Below are positions 19,267 through 27,847 of a stretch of DNA of 64,000 nt, in pieces. Position 1 is the stretch's first letter. Every line of letters starts with the position of its first letter. The translations under genes and the position numbers were made by a program. Below the pieces are notes generated by a model. The model did no database searches. It saw only the letters and a list, made by a program, of their open reading frames with translations, and was not told the origin of the DNA. The DNA is taken from NCBI GenBank assembly GCA_963700665.1, contig CAVOYK010000009.1:52324-116323 (forward strand). The letters run 5' to 3'. This DNA comes from an uncultured Actinomycetes bacterium. GTDB taxonomy: Bacteria > Actinomycetota > Coriobacteriia > Anaerosomatales > PHET01.

Positions 19267-19315
19267 TTGTAACACCAGTTACGAGCAGAATAGGGGCGCT
19301 GAGCAGGAGTGTCAA
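19267..19315 (-). promoter_or_regulatory. Putative sigma70-type promoter (TTGACA-17nt-TATTCT) followed after 2 nt by palindrome TCGTAAC-N4-GTTACAA
   Basis: Read on the minus strand: -35 at 19315..19310, -10 at 19292..19287, palindrome at 19284..19267 (plus strand TTGTAACACCAGTTACGA). It lies about 130 nt upstream of the cytochrome b ATG. Confidence 0.45.
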
Positions 19316-19329
19316 CGAGAACGCAGTCT

Positions 19330-19581
19330 CTACACATCTTCGATAAGGGTCTTTCCTGCCACCATTATCGCTGCCCGCTCCAGGTACTCCTCGGCACGTT
19401 TTGCCTGCTCAGGCGGTATGCGCAGGGCGATTCCGCACAGAGCGCCGACGGCCGCTGGTGACGGAATCGGGACCACGTCGAGCCCCATGTCCTCGAGCAG
19501 CGCCTCCGCTCCCAGAGCGTCGTGCGTCGACGAGAAGCCGAGCACGACGAAGGTGCGCGGACGTCGACCGTCGTCAGCCAC
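19330..19581 (-). CDS. DUF3343-like small protein (family described as putative Se/S carrier-like)
   Basis: 83 aa: MADDGRRPRTFVVLGFSSTHDALGAEALLEDMGLDVVPIPSPAAVGALCGIALRIPPEQ. The start overlaps the LysR stop by 8 nt. Confidence 0.5.
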   Translation of the reverse strand: MADDGRRPRTFVVLGFSSTHDALGAEALLEDMGLDVVPIPSPAAVGALCGIALRIPPEQAKRAEEYLERAAIMVAGKTLIEDV

Positions 19582-20467
19582 GGGATGCGCTCAATAGGTA
19601 CTCACGAAACGCCTGGGCAGCCCGCGTCGGGGTTCCTTTGGGCAGTACGACGAGGAGCGGACGCGAAAGCGGGAGCCCGTCGGCATCGACCCGAGCGACC
19701 GAGCCAAGGCTGATCGCCTTCTCGGCGACATGCCGACTCACGATCGCTACTCCAAGCCCGCCCTCAACCGCGCTCACCACGGCCTCACCGGTACCCAGCT
19801 CGACCACGACCCTGAGCTCTTGAGGTTCGACGCCACTTTCGGCGAGCAGGGCCTCGGCCACTTGGCGCGTCCCTGAGCCCTGCTCTCGCTGGACCCACGG
19901 CTCGTCGGCGAGATCCGCGAGGGGCACCGACGTGCGCGACGCGAGCGGACTGCTCGGCGGGCAGATCAGCACCAGATCGTCGCTGCCGAACTGCTCGAAC
20001 TGCACCCTCGCTCCCTTGACGACAGCGCCCGTGATCCCCAACTGGGCACGGCCCGCTTCGATGTCCTCGACAACGTCATAGGAGTCGCGAACCTTGATGG
20101 TCACCGTGACCTCGGGGTGCTCGGCGAGGAAGCTTCCCAGGAGCCGAGGCACCACGTAGTCGCCCGGCGTTGTGCTGGCAACGATGTTCAGGTGTCCGGA
20201 GACGGTCCCGGACAGCGACGAGATCTCCTCGCGCGCCTCATCGAGCTGCTCCAGGACTCGCTTCGCGTGCGGAAGAAGGGTCCGCCCGGCCTCGGTGAGG
20301 TCGACCTTCCGATAGCGGCGGTCGAGCAGTGTCGTGCCCAACGCGGCCTCGAGCGCCTGCACCTGCATCGTGACCGCAGGCTGCGAGATATCGAGCTCAC
20401 GGGCCGCCTCGGAGAACGAACCGCGCTCGACGACGGCGACGAAGGTGCGAAGCTGCGTGATGTTCAT
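19574..20467 (-). CDS. LysR-family transcriptional regulator
   Basis: 297 aa, intact. N-terminal HTH MNITQLRTFVAVVERGSFSEAARELDISQPAVTMQVQALE followed by a substrate-binding domain. Confidence 0.85.
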   Translation of the reverse strand: MNITQLRTFVAVVERGSFSEAARELDISQPAVTMQVQALEAALGTTLLDRRYRKVDLTEAGRTLLPHAKRVLEQLDEAREEISSLSGTVSGHLNIVASTTPGDYVVPRLLGSFLAEHPEVTVTIKVRDSYDVVEDIEAGRAQLGITGAVVKGARVQFEQFGSDDLVLICPPSSPLASRTSVPLADLADEPWVQREQGSGTRQVAEALLAESGVEPQELRVVVELGTGEAVVSAVEGGLGVAIVSRHVAEKAISLGSVARVDADGLPLSRPLLVVLPKGTPTRAAQAFREYLLSASRG

Positions 20468-20498
20468 AAGCGCATGCCTTCCTCGGTGACTGAAACGA

Positions 20499-20513
20499 TA
20501 AGAACAGACTATG
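20499..20513. promoter_or_regulatory. Candidate LysR-type T-N11-A box ATAAGAACAGACTAT
   Basis: Dyad ends ATA...TAT with T-N11-A spacing, 32 nt upstream of the lysR start, in the lysR/fur divergent region. Confidence 0.25.
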
Positions 20514-20558
20514 GACCGATTCTACGCGCATCCGGACTCGAAGGGGCGAAACGTGGGG

Positions 20559-20586
20559 TATACTCACTTAGTGAGAATGATTCTCA
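20559..20586 (+). promoter_or_regulatory. Possible -10 (TATACT) followed by a perfect 7-1-7 Fur/Zur-type box TGAGAATGATTCTCA
   Basis: TATACT at 20559-20564. The palindrome at 20572-20586 lies 31 nt upstream of the Fur-family gene ATG. Confidence 0.55.
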
Positions 20587-20616
20587 TTTGGCTTGGGGCG
20601 CGCGAGGGGGCGAGAC

Positions 20617-21042
20617 ATGGGCGATGAGCTGCGATCCGCGTACGGGCGTGGACGACTCACCGCTCAAAGAGCCGCGATCGCCAGAGCGGTCACCGGCATC
20701 CCCTCCGCCTTCACGGTGGAAGAGCTCGCCGCAGTCGTCCGACGAGCCGACTCCGGCGCCGGCGCCACCGCCACGGTCTATCGGGCAGTAGCTGCGATGG
20801 AGTCATCCCGTTTCGTAGAGCGTGTCGGCTCTCGCAACGGCAGCGTTCTGTACGCACGCTGTGCGACCCCCTCTCACCACCACCATATCGTCTGCGACGG
20901 CTGTGGCCGTATCGCCCACGCCGAGTGTCCCGTCGTCGCGGGCGTGGAAGCGAGACGCGGCGACGGCTTCGTGATCACCAGGCACGAGGTCACGCTCTAC
21001 GGGCTGTGCCCCGAGTGCGCCGAGAAGAACGGCGGGGCGTAG
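20617..21042 (+). CDS. Fur-family metalloregulator (Zur/Nur-like)
   Basis: ATG at 20617 follows GAGGGGG. Sequence includes LTAQRAAIARAV...TVEELA...TVYRAVAAMESSRFVERV and HHHHIVCDGCG...GLCPEC. Confidence 0.75.
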   Translation: MGDELRSAYGRGRLTAQRAAIARAVTGIPSAFTVEELAAVVRRADSGAGATATVYRAVAAMESSRFVERVGSRNGSVLYARCATPSHHHHIVCDGCGRIAHAECPVVAGVEARRGDGFVITRHEVTLYGLCPECAEKNGGA

Positions 21043-21043
21043 C

Positions 21044-21842
21044 GTGTCTCACATCCACATCCCCGACGGCATCTTGCCACTCTGGCTGGTAGCGCTGGGC
21101 TGGCTTGCGACCGCTGCGCTGGTGACCGTCGCGGTTCGACGTGCCAGCGCACAGGACGTGCGCCGGCGCATCCCACTTGTGGGAGCCGTCGCCGCGCTGA
21201 TGCTCGTGGGCATGTCGAGCGAGATCATCCCGATCGCCTACCACATCAACCTCACGGTGCTCGCGGGAATCCTGCTCGGACCCTGGCTGTCCGTGATCAC
21301 GGCGCTCGTGGTCAACGTGATGCTGGGGCTGGTGGGCCATGGCGGCGTAACGGTGATCGGCCTGAACACCCTGGTGATCTCTGCGGAGATGATCGTGGGC
21401 TGGGCGCTGTTCCGCGGATTCGCCAGGGTCCTGGGGCGGCGCCGGGCCGGGCTCGCCGCTGGGGCGGCAACGATCCTTGCGCTGGCCGTGTCGACCTCAC
21501 TGCTCGTGGTCATCGTCGCGCTCGGGGGCAGCCCCTCGGCAAGCCGTGAATCGGGCGCCTTCGACCCGGGGACGCTGAGCTTCGAAAACCCGCTGCGCGG
21601 TGGAGTGTTCACCAACGTCATCGTCGCCGGCGAGCAGGAGGCCGAGGCCCCGCAGCAACTCTCGGTCGCACGCTTCGCCGTGACGGTGTTCGCGCTCGGA
21701 TCGATCGGCTGGATACTCGAGGGCCTGATCACCGGCATTGATCGTCGGATTCGTGGCCAGGGTACGGCCGGGGCTCGTGTTCGATGGCGCTCAGGCTGAG
21801 CCTACACGAGGGCCCGTTGGCGACGAGGGGGTGCACACGTAG
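21044..21842 (+). pseudogene. cbiM: CbiM/NikM-type ECF transporter substrate-capture subunit (Ni/Co); 1 frame change near 21745
   Basis: Sequence VSHIHIPDGILPLWL... with multiple TM helices. After a 1-nt shift the C-terminus reads LIVGFVARVRPGLVFDG, ending at TAG 21840-21842. Confidence 0.65.
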
Positions 21843-22651
21843 TGGACCTCTCCCGAGTCGATACGTCCGCCACTCTGGGTACCTCAGCCCTGCACCGCAC
21901 AGTCCCGAGAGCCAAGCTAGCCGCGTTCGCACTGGTGCTCGTGGCGGTCGTGGTGAGCTCGAACGTGCTCATCGTTGTGACCGTTGGCTGCTGTCTGATG
22001 GCAGCGGTTGTGGCACTTCGGCTGCCGCTGAGACCCATCGCGCTGCTGGCGGCATACCCGGGCATCTTCGCCGCGATCTTCGCCTTCGCGGCCGCGACCG
22101 ACCTGCTCTCCGCGTCACTGATCGTCGCAAAGGCGGTCACGGCGGCGCTCGCCGCCGTGATTCTCATGTTCACCACCCCGTACCCGCAGGTGTTCGCGCC
22201 CGTACAGCGCGTGGTACCGGAAGTGATCGCCGACGCGCTGCTCATGACGTACCGTTCGCTCTTTCTGCTTCTCGAGCGGTTCGGTCACACGCTGACAGCC
22301 GCACGGCTTCGGGCGGGCGTAGTCGGCCGCAACCCCCTGAGATCCGCGGGCACGATCACTCGCTCGCTGGGCGGCGTGCTGCTCTACTCGATCGACCTGT
22401 CGCAGCGCACCCACGACATCATGCACCTGCGCGGCTACGACGGCAGGCTGGTCGTCACCGCGCAACCATCGGTGTCACGGCGGCTCGATCTGGCCACCGT
22501 GGCGTTTGCCGCGTCACTGTGCGCCGTCGCGATTGCTTGGCGGCTGTGGTGGCCGGCCCTCAACCCCTATGCATGGGTGCCGCTCGCGGTCTCGCTGGCG
22601 GCGCTGCCTGTGGCCCTGCTCCTCGGCGTGCTTCGAAAGGACCACCCGTGA
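21842..22651 (+). CDS. cbiQ: CbiQ-type ECF transporter transmembrane (T) component
   Basis: 269 aa, intact and hydrophobic, with ARLRAGVVGRNPLR and SIDLSQRTHDIMHLRGY. Start and stop overlap the neighbouring genes. Confidence 0.65.
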   Translation: MDLSRVDTSATLGTSALHRTVPRAKLAAFALVLVAVVVSSNVLIVVTVGCCLMAAVVALRLPLRPIALLAAYPGIFAAIFAFAAATDLLSASLIVAKAVTAALAAVILMFTTPYPQVFAPVQRVVPEVIADALLMTYRSLFLLLERFGHTLTAARLRAGVVGRNPLRSAGTITRSLGGVLLYSIDLSQRTHDIMHLRGYDGRLVVTAQPSVSRRLDLATVAFAASLCAVAIAWRLWWPALNPYAWVPLAVSLAALPVALLLGVLRKDHP

Positions 22652-23536
22652 TGGACGCGCATACCCACGCCCACGCCCACGAGCTCTTGCACGCCACGCT
22701 CGACGAGGTGGCGCGTGTAAGCTGCGTGCGCCACCGCTACGAAGACGGCACCGAGGTCGCGCTGTGCGGTCTGGACGTCGTCGCGCACAAGGGCCAGCGC
22801 GTGGCCGTTCTGGGCCCGAACGGCTCGGGCAAGACGACGCTGCTCTACCACCTCCTGGGGCTGCTTCGCAGCGAGGAAGGCCTGGTGCGCGTCTTTGGTG
22901 TGGATCCCGCTCGCGAATGGAAGAGTATCCGCCAGCGGGTCGGTGTCGTGCTGCAGAACGTCGACGAGCAGATACTGGCCCCCAGCGTGCTCGACGACGT
23001 CGCCTTCTCCCCTCGGCAGTACGGTGTGCCGGAGGCACAGGTCCGCGAGATGGTCCAAGAGGCGCTCGCCCGCCTCGGCATCGAGCACTTGGCGGGGCGC
23101 GTCCCGCACAACCTCTCCGGCGGCGAGAAGCGCAAGGTCGCCCTGGCCGGCGCGCTGGTGATGCGCCCCGAGCTGCTCGTCCTCGACGAGCCGTTCGAGG
23201 GCCTCGACCCGGCGAGCCGCGACGAGCTGATCGCGATCGTGGGCGAGCAGGCCAAGGGCGGCGGCACCGTGATCATGTCGACACACGACATCGACACCGT
23301 GCCGGAGTTCGCCGACTACTGCTACGTGCTGCTCCAAGGGCGGTACCATCGTGCTCGAGGGCACCCCGGCCGACGTGTTCGCGCAGGCCACGATGCTCGC
23401 CGGCGACAACATCCGACCGCCCCTGATCGCCGAGATGTTCGCGCGTCTGGCCGAGCTCGATCCCAGCGCGCCACCTCCGGCGCTCACCGTCGAGGACGCT
23501 GCCGAGAAGCTCGCCGAGTGGAAGCGCGGAACCTAG
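22651..23536 (+). pseudogene. cbiO: CbiO-type ECF transporter ATPase; 1 frame change near 23340
   Basis: ATG at 22651 overlaps the cbiQ TGA. Walker A GPNGSGKTT, signature LSGGEKRKV, Walker B LLVLDEPFEGLD. The C-terminus comes from ORF 23351..23536. Confidence 0.8.
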
Positions 23537-23554
23537 CGCGACGTGCGGATGCGA

Positions 23555-24783
23555 CTACTCGTCGTCCGAAGCGGCCGGCATCCGACCCATCTCGAGCACG
23601 CGCTCGCCGAACGCCGCTCCCCACGCACGCGCGGCCTCGATGTCCGTCGGCGACGGCGCGTACTTGCAGGTGAGGTCGGGTTCGGGCATCTCGAAGCCCG
23701 ATCTCCTCGAGCCGCGCCGTCATCTGCTTGGTGGCTCCGCTCGACCAGCCGTAGCTGCCGAAAGCGCCCGCGATCTTGTCCTTGGGCTTGAGCCCGCACA
23801 GGTACTGCAGGTAGCCGGCCGGGCGGTACAGCATGCCGTGATGCAGCGTCGGCGAACCCACGAAGCAGAGCTCGCGCGTCGAAGACGTGGCGCGTGACGT
23901 GCGCGTAGGGTGTCGACGCGAGATCGAACAGGCGGACGTCGACGCCGGCTCGACGTAGCGCCATCCGCGATCTCGCGGGCCAGGACGTCGGTCGAGCCCC
24001 ACATGGTCCCGTAGGCGATGACGAGCTTGTCGAACGTGTCGCCCGAGATGCAACGGTCGTAGGCGTCGACAAGGGTGGGTACTTCTCGGCCACGCCAGAT
24101 GACACCGTGGCTCGGCGCGATCGTGTCGCACGTCCAGCCTGCCTCGATGACCTTCGCAACCGCCTTGCCCACCTGAGCGCTGATGCGGCATCAGGATGTT
24201 GGCGAAGTAGACGATGAGCTCCTCGACTGCTAGCTCCAGGCCGACCTCGTCGGCGAAACGTGAGCTCGAGGCAAGGTGCTGCCCGAAGGCGTCGTTGGGC
24301 ATGAGGGTGCAGCGCTCAGGGCAGTAGGTGAACATCGAGTCCGGCCAGTGCACCATAGGCATCGGCATGAACTTGAGGGTGAGGCCACCGAGGTCGAGCG
24401 AGTCGTCGGGACCGACGGCTGCCACCTCGATGTCGTCGCCGTGGTAGCTCGGCGATGCCACGAACGCCGCCGGCGCTCGCGACGAGCTTGGCGTTGGGCA
24501 TGCGCTCGGCGACCATGCGCATGCCGCCGTTGTGGTCGGGCTCGATGTGGTTGACGACGATGTAGTCGATCTGGTCGAGCGGAACCACGCTCGCGACGCG
24601 CTCGAGAAGCTCGGGCACGAACGGCACCTTCACGGTGTCGACGAGAGCGATCTTGTCGGCACCGACCACGAGGTAGGCGTTGTACGTCGAGCCGCGAGGC
24701 GTCTCGAAGCCGTGGAAGTCGCGCAGGTTCCAGTCGATCGCACCTACCCAGTGAATATCTGGCGCAATGGGGACAGCATGCAT
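23555..24783 (-). pseudogene. Flavodiiron protein (FprA-type O2/NO reductase: metallo-beta-lactamase-like plus flavodoxin-like domains); at least 3 frame changes
   Basis: ATG at 24783 follows GAGGAG. Sequence MHAVPIAPDIHWVGAIDWNLRDFHGFETPRGSTYNAYLV...VVNHIEPDHNGG. The flavodoxin-like part comes from ORFs 23720..24172 and 23484..24461. Manual translation of the end gives GFEMPEPDLTCKYAPSPTDIEAARAWGAAF, with TAG at 23555. Confidence 0.75.
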
Positions 24784-24866
24784 TGGTTGGCTCCTCGAAA
24801 GTGGTGTTCGTGATTCCTTGTACCCGTTCGAACCGCGATGATAGGCCCGCTCGGCCGCTTTCGTCG

Positions 24867-26021
24867 CTAGAACGCGCCCTCTAGAGTCCGGGCGATGATG
24901 TCTCGGCTGTCCTGGTTGACGCGTTTGAGGGACTCCAGCGTCGCGCGCAGGTTGTCGACGTTCTCGTCGACCGAAGCAGCCGCTACCACGTCGTCGACAG
25001 GCCCGCCAACGGACTCGTCCATACCCGCGAGGCGGAGCAGCGGTGTGTCGACGGCCTCGGCCAGGCCCGTGAACTTGAGCCGGTAGTACTCGCTCGTGAA
25101 CAGGGCGACGACCGGCGTGCCCACGTAGAGCGAGACCAATGCGACGTGGTAGCTCGTGGTGATGGTGGCCCGACACGCCGCGAGACGCTCGGCGAGTTCG
25201 GCGAAGCCCGTCGGCCGAGCGAGTGATCGAATCCTCGGCGAGCCGCTGGCCTCGATTCCCCGCTCGATCGCAACGCTCTCGTCGAAACGGGGGTTCTTGA
25301 CCATCCCGAAGGCGATGGCATCGAGACCGCCGGCTTCGAGGAATCGATCCACCGACCTGACCAGTGCCTGAGCGCCCTCGTCGTCGAGCCCGATGTAGGT
25401 GCCGGTCCTGAAGTTGAAGGCCACTGTCCGACTGTTGTCGCCGCGGTGCCGCGTCATCGACGGAGAGTACAGCGCGATGCTCTCGTCGAACGTGAAGTCC
25501 CCGCCGACCCCGTCGACCACGCTGCGGTCTCTGGTCCCGAAGACAAGTGACTCACGCGCGATGCCAGCGAGTTCCTCGGCTTGCGAGCCCTTGAACGGCC
25601 CGAGGCCAAGCCCGGTGAAGGCGACCCGGTTTCTCGGCAACCCCTGGGATATCAGGTGGCGGTAGAGTCCGATCTTGGCCTCGTACCAGTACTCGTTGAA
25701 GTAGCCGCCGCCGTAGTAGTGCAGAAGCGCGATCCGGGACGGATCGATCTCAAGCGCGTCGAACGCTCGGGAGTCTTCGCCGACGTAGATGAAGCCGTCG
25801 TCAGCCCGTTCGGGCGGGTTGATCATCGCGACTACGACGTTGAACCTGTCGAGATAGTCGCGGTAGAACCGCAGCGTGGATTCGAGCAAGAACTCGTCGC
25901 CCAGGTTGCCAAAGCCCCCCTCACTGCCCGTGACAACGATGTAGGGGCGAGACAACGTGCCGGTCGTGCGCCGTCTCCACCACTCCCGGTGCCAGGGTCT
26001 ATGCGAAGAGCGTGGACTCAC
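24867..26021 (-). CDS. Polysaccharide pyruvyl transferase family protein (CsaB-like)
   Basis: Intact 384-aa ORF with IVVTGSEGGFGNLGDEFLL...HYYGGGYFNEYW...TTSYHVALVSLYVGTPVVAL. The exact start is uncertain (GTG 26021 abuts the upstream stop). Confidence 0.6.
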   Translation of the reverse strand: MSPRSSHRPWHREWWRRRTTGTLSRPYIVVTGSEGGFGNLGDEFLLESTLRFYRDYLDRFNVVVAMINPPERADDGFIYVGEDSRAFDALEIDPSRIALLHYYGGGYFNEYWYEAKIGLYRHLISQGLPRNRVAFTGLGLGPFKGSQAEELAGIARESLVFGTRDRSVVDGVGGDFTFDESIALYSPSMTRHRGDNSRTVAFNFRTGTYIGLDDEGAQALVRSVDRFLEAGGLDAIAFGMVKNPRFDESVAIERGIEASGSPRIRSLARPTGFAELAERLAACRATITTSYHVALVSLYVGTPVVALFTSEYYRLKFTGLAEAVDTPLLRLAGMDESVGGPVDDVVAAASVDENVDNLRATLESLKRVNQDSRDIIARTLEGAF

Positions 26022-27035
26022 CTACGAGCTGCGCTTGACGAAGAAGTCGGCCATCGACAGCAGGAGTCCCTTGGCCTTGGTCTTGGGCAGCGCTGCGTCC
26101 AGCGCGTCCTTCGCCGAGACGACCAGGTCGCGCGCGTAGCCGTTTGCGAACTCGCACGGAGCCGGACTGCTGCATGATCTCGACAGCCTCGCGCCAGTAC
26201 CGCAGGATCCGTCTCGCGGGCCGAGAGGATCGCGAGCAGCCTGTCTCGATGTGGCGAGTTCTGCAAGGCGTGCACGGCGACGAGCGTGCGCTTGCCCTCG
26301 GTGATGTCGCTGCGGAAGTCCTTCTTGGTGGCCTCGCGCGTGCCCACGAGGTTGAGCACGTCGTCTTGGATCTGGAACGCAAGGCCCGCAGCCATGCCGA
26401 AGGAGCGCAGCGCGTCGACCTGCTCATCGGTCCCGCCGCCGACGATCGCGCCGATCGCCAGCGGCACGGCGCCGGAGTAGAACGCGGTCTTGTGGTTCGC
26501 CATGACGAGGTAGTCGTCGACTGACAGGTCGAAGCGGTCGTCGCGCGCCCAGCCGATGTCGAGCGCCTGCCCCTCGATGGTGCGGGTGGTCATCTCGACG
26601 AGCTCGTGGAGGACCTTGAGCTTGGTGGCGTCGTCGAGAGCCGGATCGTCGACGACGGTGCCGGTGACGAGCGAGAGCGCCAGGTCGCCCGCGTTGATCG
26701 CAAGTCCCTCGCCCTCGCTGACGTGCATGCACGGCTCTCCTCGGCGCGTGAGCGAGGAGTCCTCGATGTCGTCGTGGATGAGCGCTGCGGTGTGGAAGTG
26801 CTCGATCGCCGCGGCCGAAGTGCGCGCCTTCTCGGCGTCGCCACCGACCGCCTCGCAGGCGAGCAGGCAGATGAGCGGACGGTGGCGCTTGCCGGCGTTG
26901 TTGCTGTAGCGCAGCCAGCGGACCGTAGAGGTAGCGCTTCATGTCGGGATGCGTTCCGTCGATGAAGAAGGTCGCCAAGTAGTCGTCGAACTTCTTCGAG
27001 TTTCGCTTCAGGTAGAGCTCGAACCCGGTCAGCAC
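26022..27035 (-). pseudogene. Polyprenyl (geranylgeranyl-type) diphosphate synthase; at least 3 frame changes
   Basis: GTG at 27035 follows GGAGGGG. First Asp-rich motif IHDDIEDSS (manual translation), second motif FQIQDDVLN (ORF 26018..26728). The C-terminus was reconstructed through two more shifts, ending FFVKRSS with TAG at 26022. Confidence 0.75.
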
Positions 27036-27186
27036 TGACCCCTCCTCGGCGGTTTCGGGCGTAATCGTAGCAGACCGGGATGCCCGCAGTGCGCCACCGC
27101 GGCGAACGGACGAACCGACAAACAGGTAGGATATGGGGCAGGGATAGGGAGCCGCGCGCGGTGCGGCGACACAGGAGGGGGGACAG

Positions 27187-27763
27187 ATGGATCCGACTAC
27201 GTCGTACGACCCAGCTGCCGCAGCAGGACTGGCTGCCTTCTGGACCACGTACATGTTCGTGCTGCTCGGCTGTGGCGATCCTCATGATCGTCGCGTACTG
27301 GAAGGTCTTCACCAAAGCGGGTGAAGCGGGGTGGCAGTCGATCATCCCGATCTGGAACACGATCGTGTTGCTCAAGATCGCGGGACGACCCTGGTGGTGG
27401 CTCCTGCTGATGCTGATCCCCTTCGTGAACATCGTCATCTTGATCATCTGGTACAACGACGTCTCGAAGTCGTTCGGTCATGGCTTCGGATTCACACTCG
27501 GCCTCATCTTCCTCGGGCCGATCTTCTGGCTGATCTTGGGCTTTGGCGGATCGAGATACGTTGGCCCTGGTGGCATGGCGATGGCCCCGCCGGTCCCGGC
27601 GTACGCACCGCCCGTACCGGCTGCGACGCCAACTCCAGCTCCGGCTCCGCCCGCACCGGCGGCCCCGGTCATGGAGCCCGCTCCGCCGGCACCACCGCTT
27701 GAGAGCGCTCCACCGGCAGCGCCGACCGAGCCTCCGGCACCACCCGCGCCACCGGCCGAGTAG
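27187..27763 (+). pseudogene. DUF5684-like small membrane protein with Pro/Ala-rich tail; 1 frame change near 27270
   Basis: ATG at 27187 (MDPTTSYDPAAAAGLAAFWTTYMFVLLG) joins ILMIVAYWKVFTKAGEAGWQSIIPIWNTIVLLKIAGRPWWW of ORF 27080..27763. Confidence 0.55.
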
Positions 27764-27794
27764 CCGCTCGAAGCCGATCAGCGCTCAGAACCAC

Positions 27795-27832
27795 GCGCCG
27801 CCTCCGAGCCAACGGGGGCGGCGCTTCTCGTT
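27795..27832 (+). terminator. Rho-independent-like terminator hairpin with T-rich tail
   Basis: GCGCCGCC...GGCGGCGC stem (at least 8 bp) at 27795-27824, followed by TTCTCGTT. It lies between convergent genes. Confidence 0.5.
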
Positions 27833-27847
27833 GCATGCAGCCCGCGT

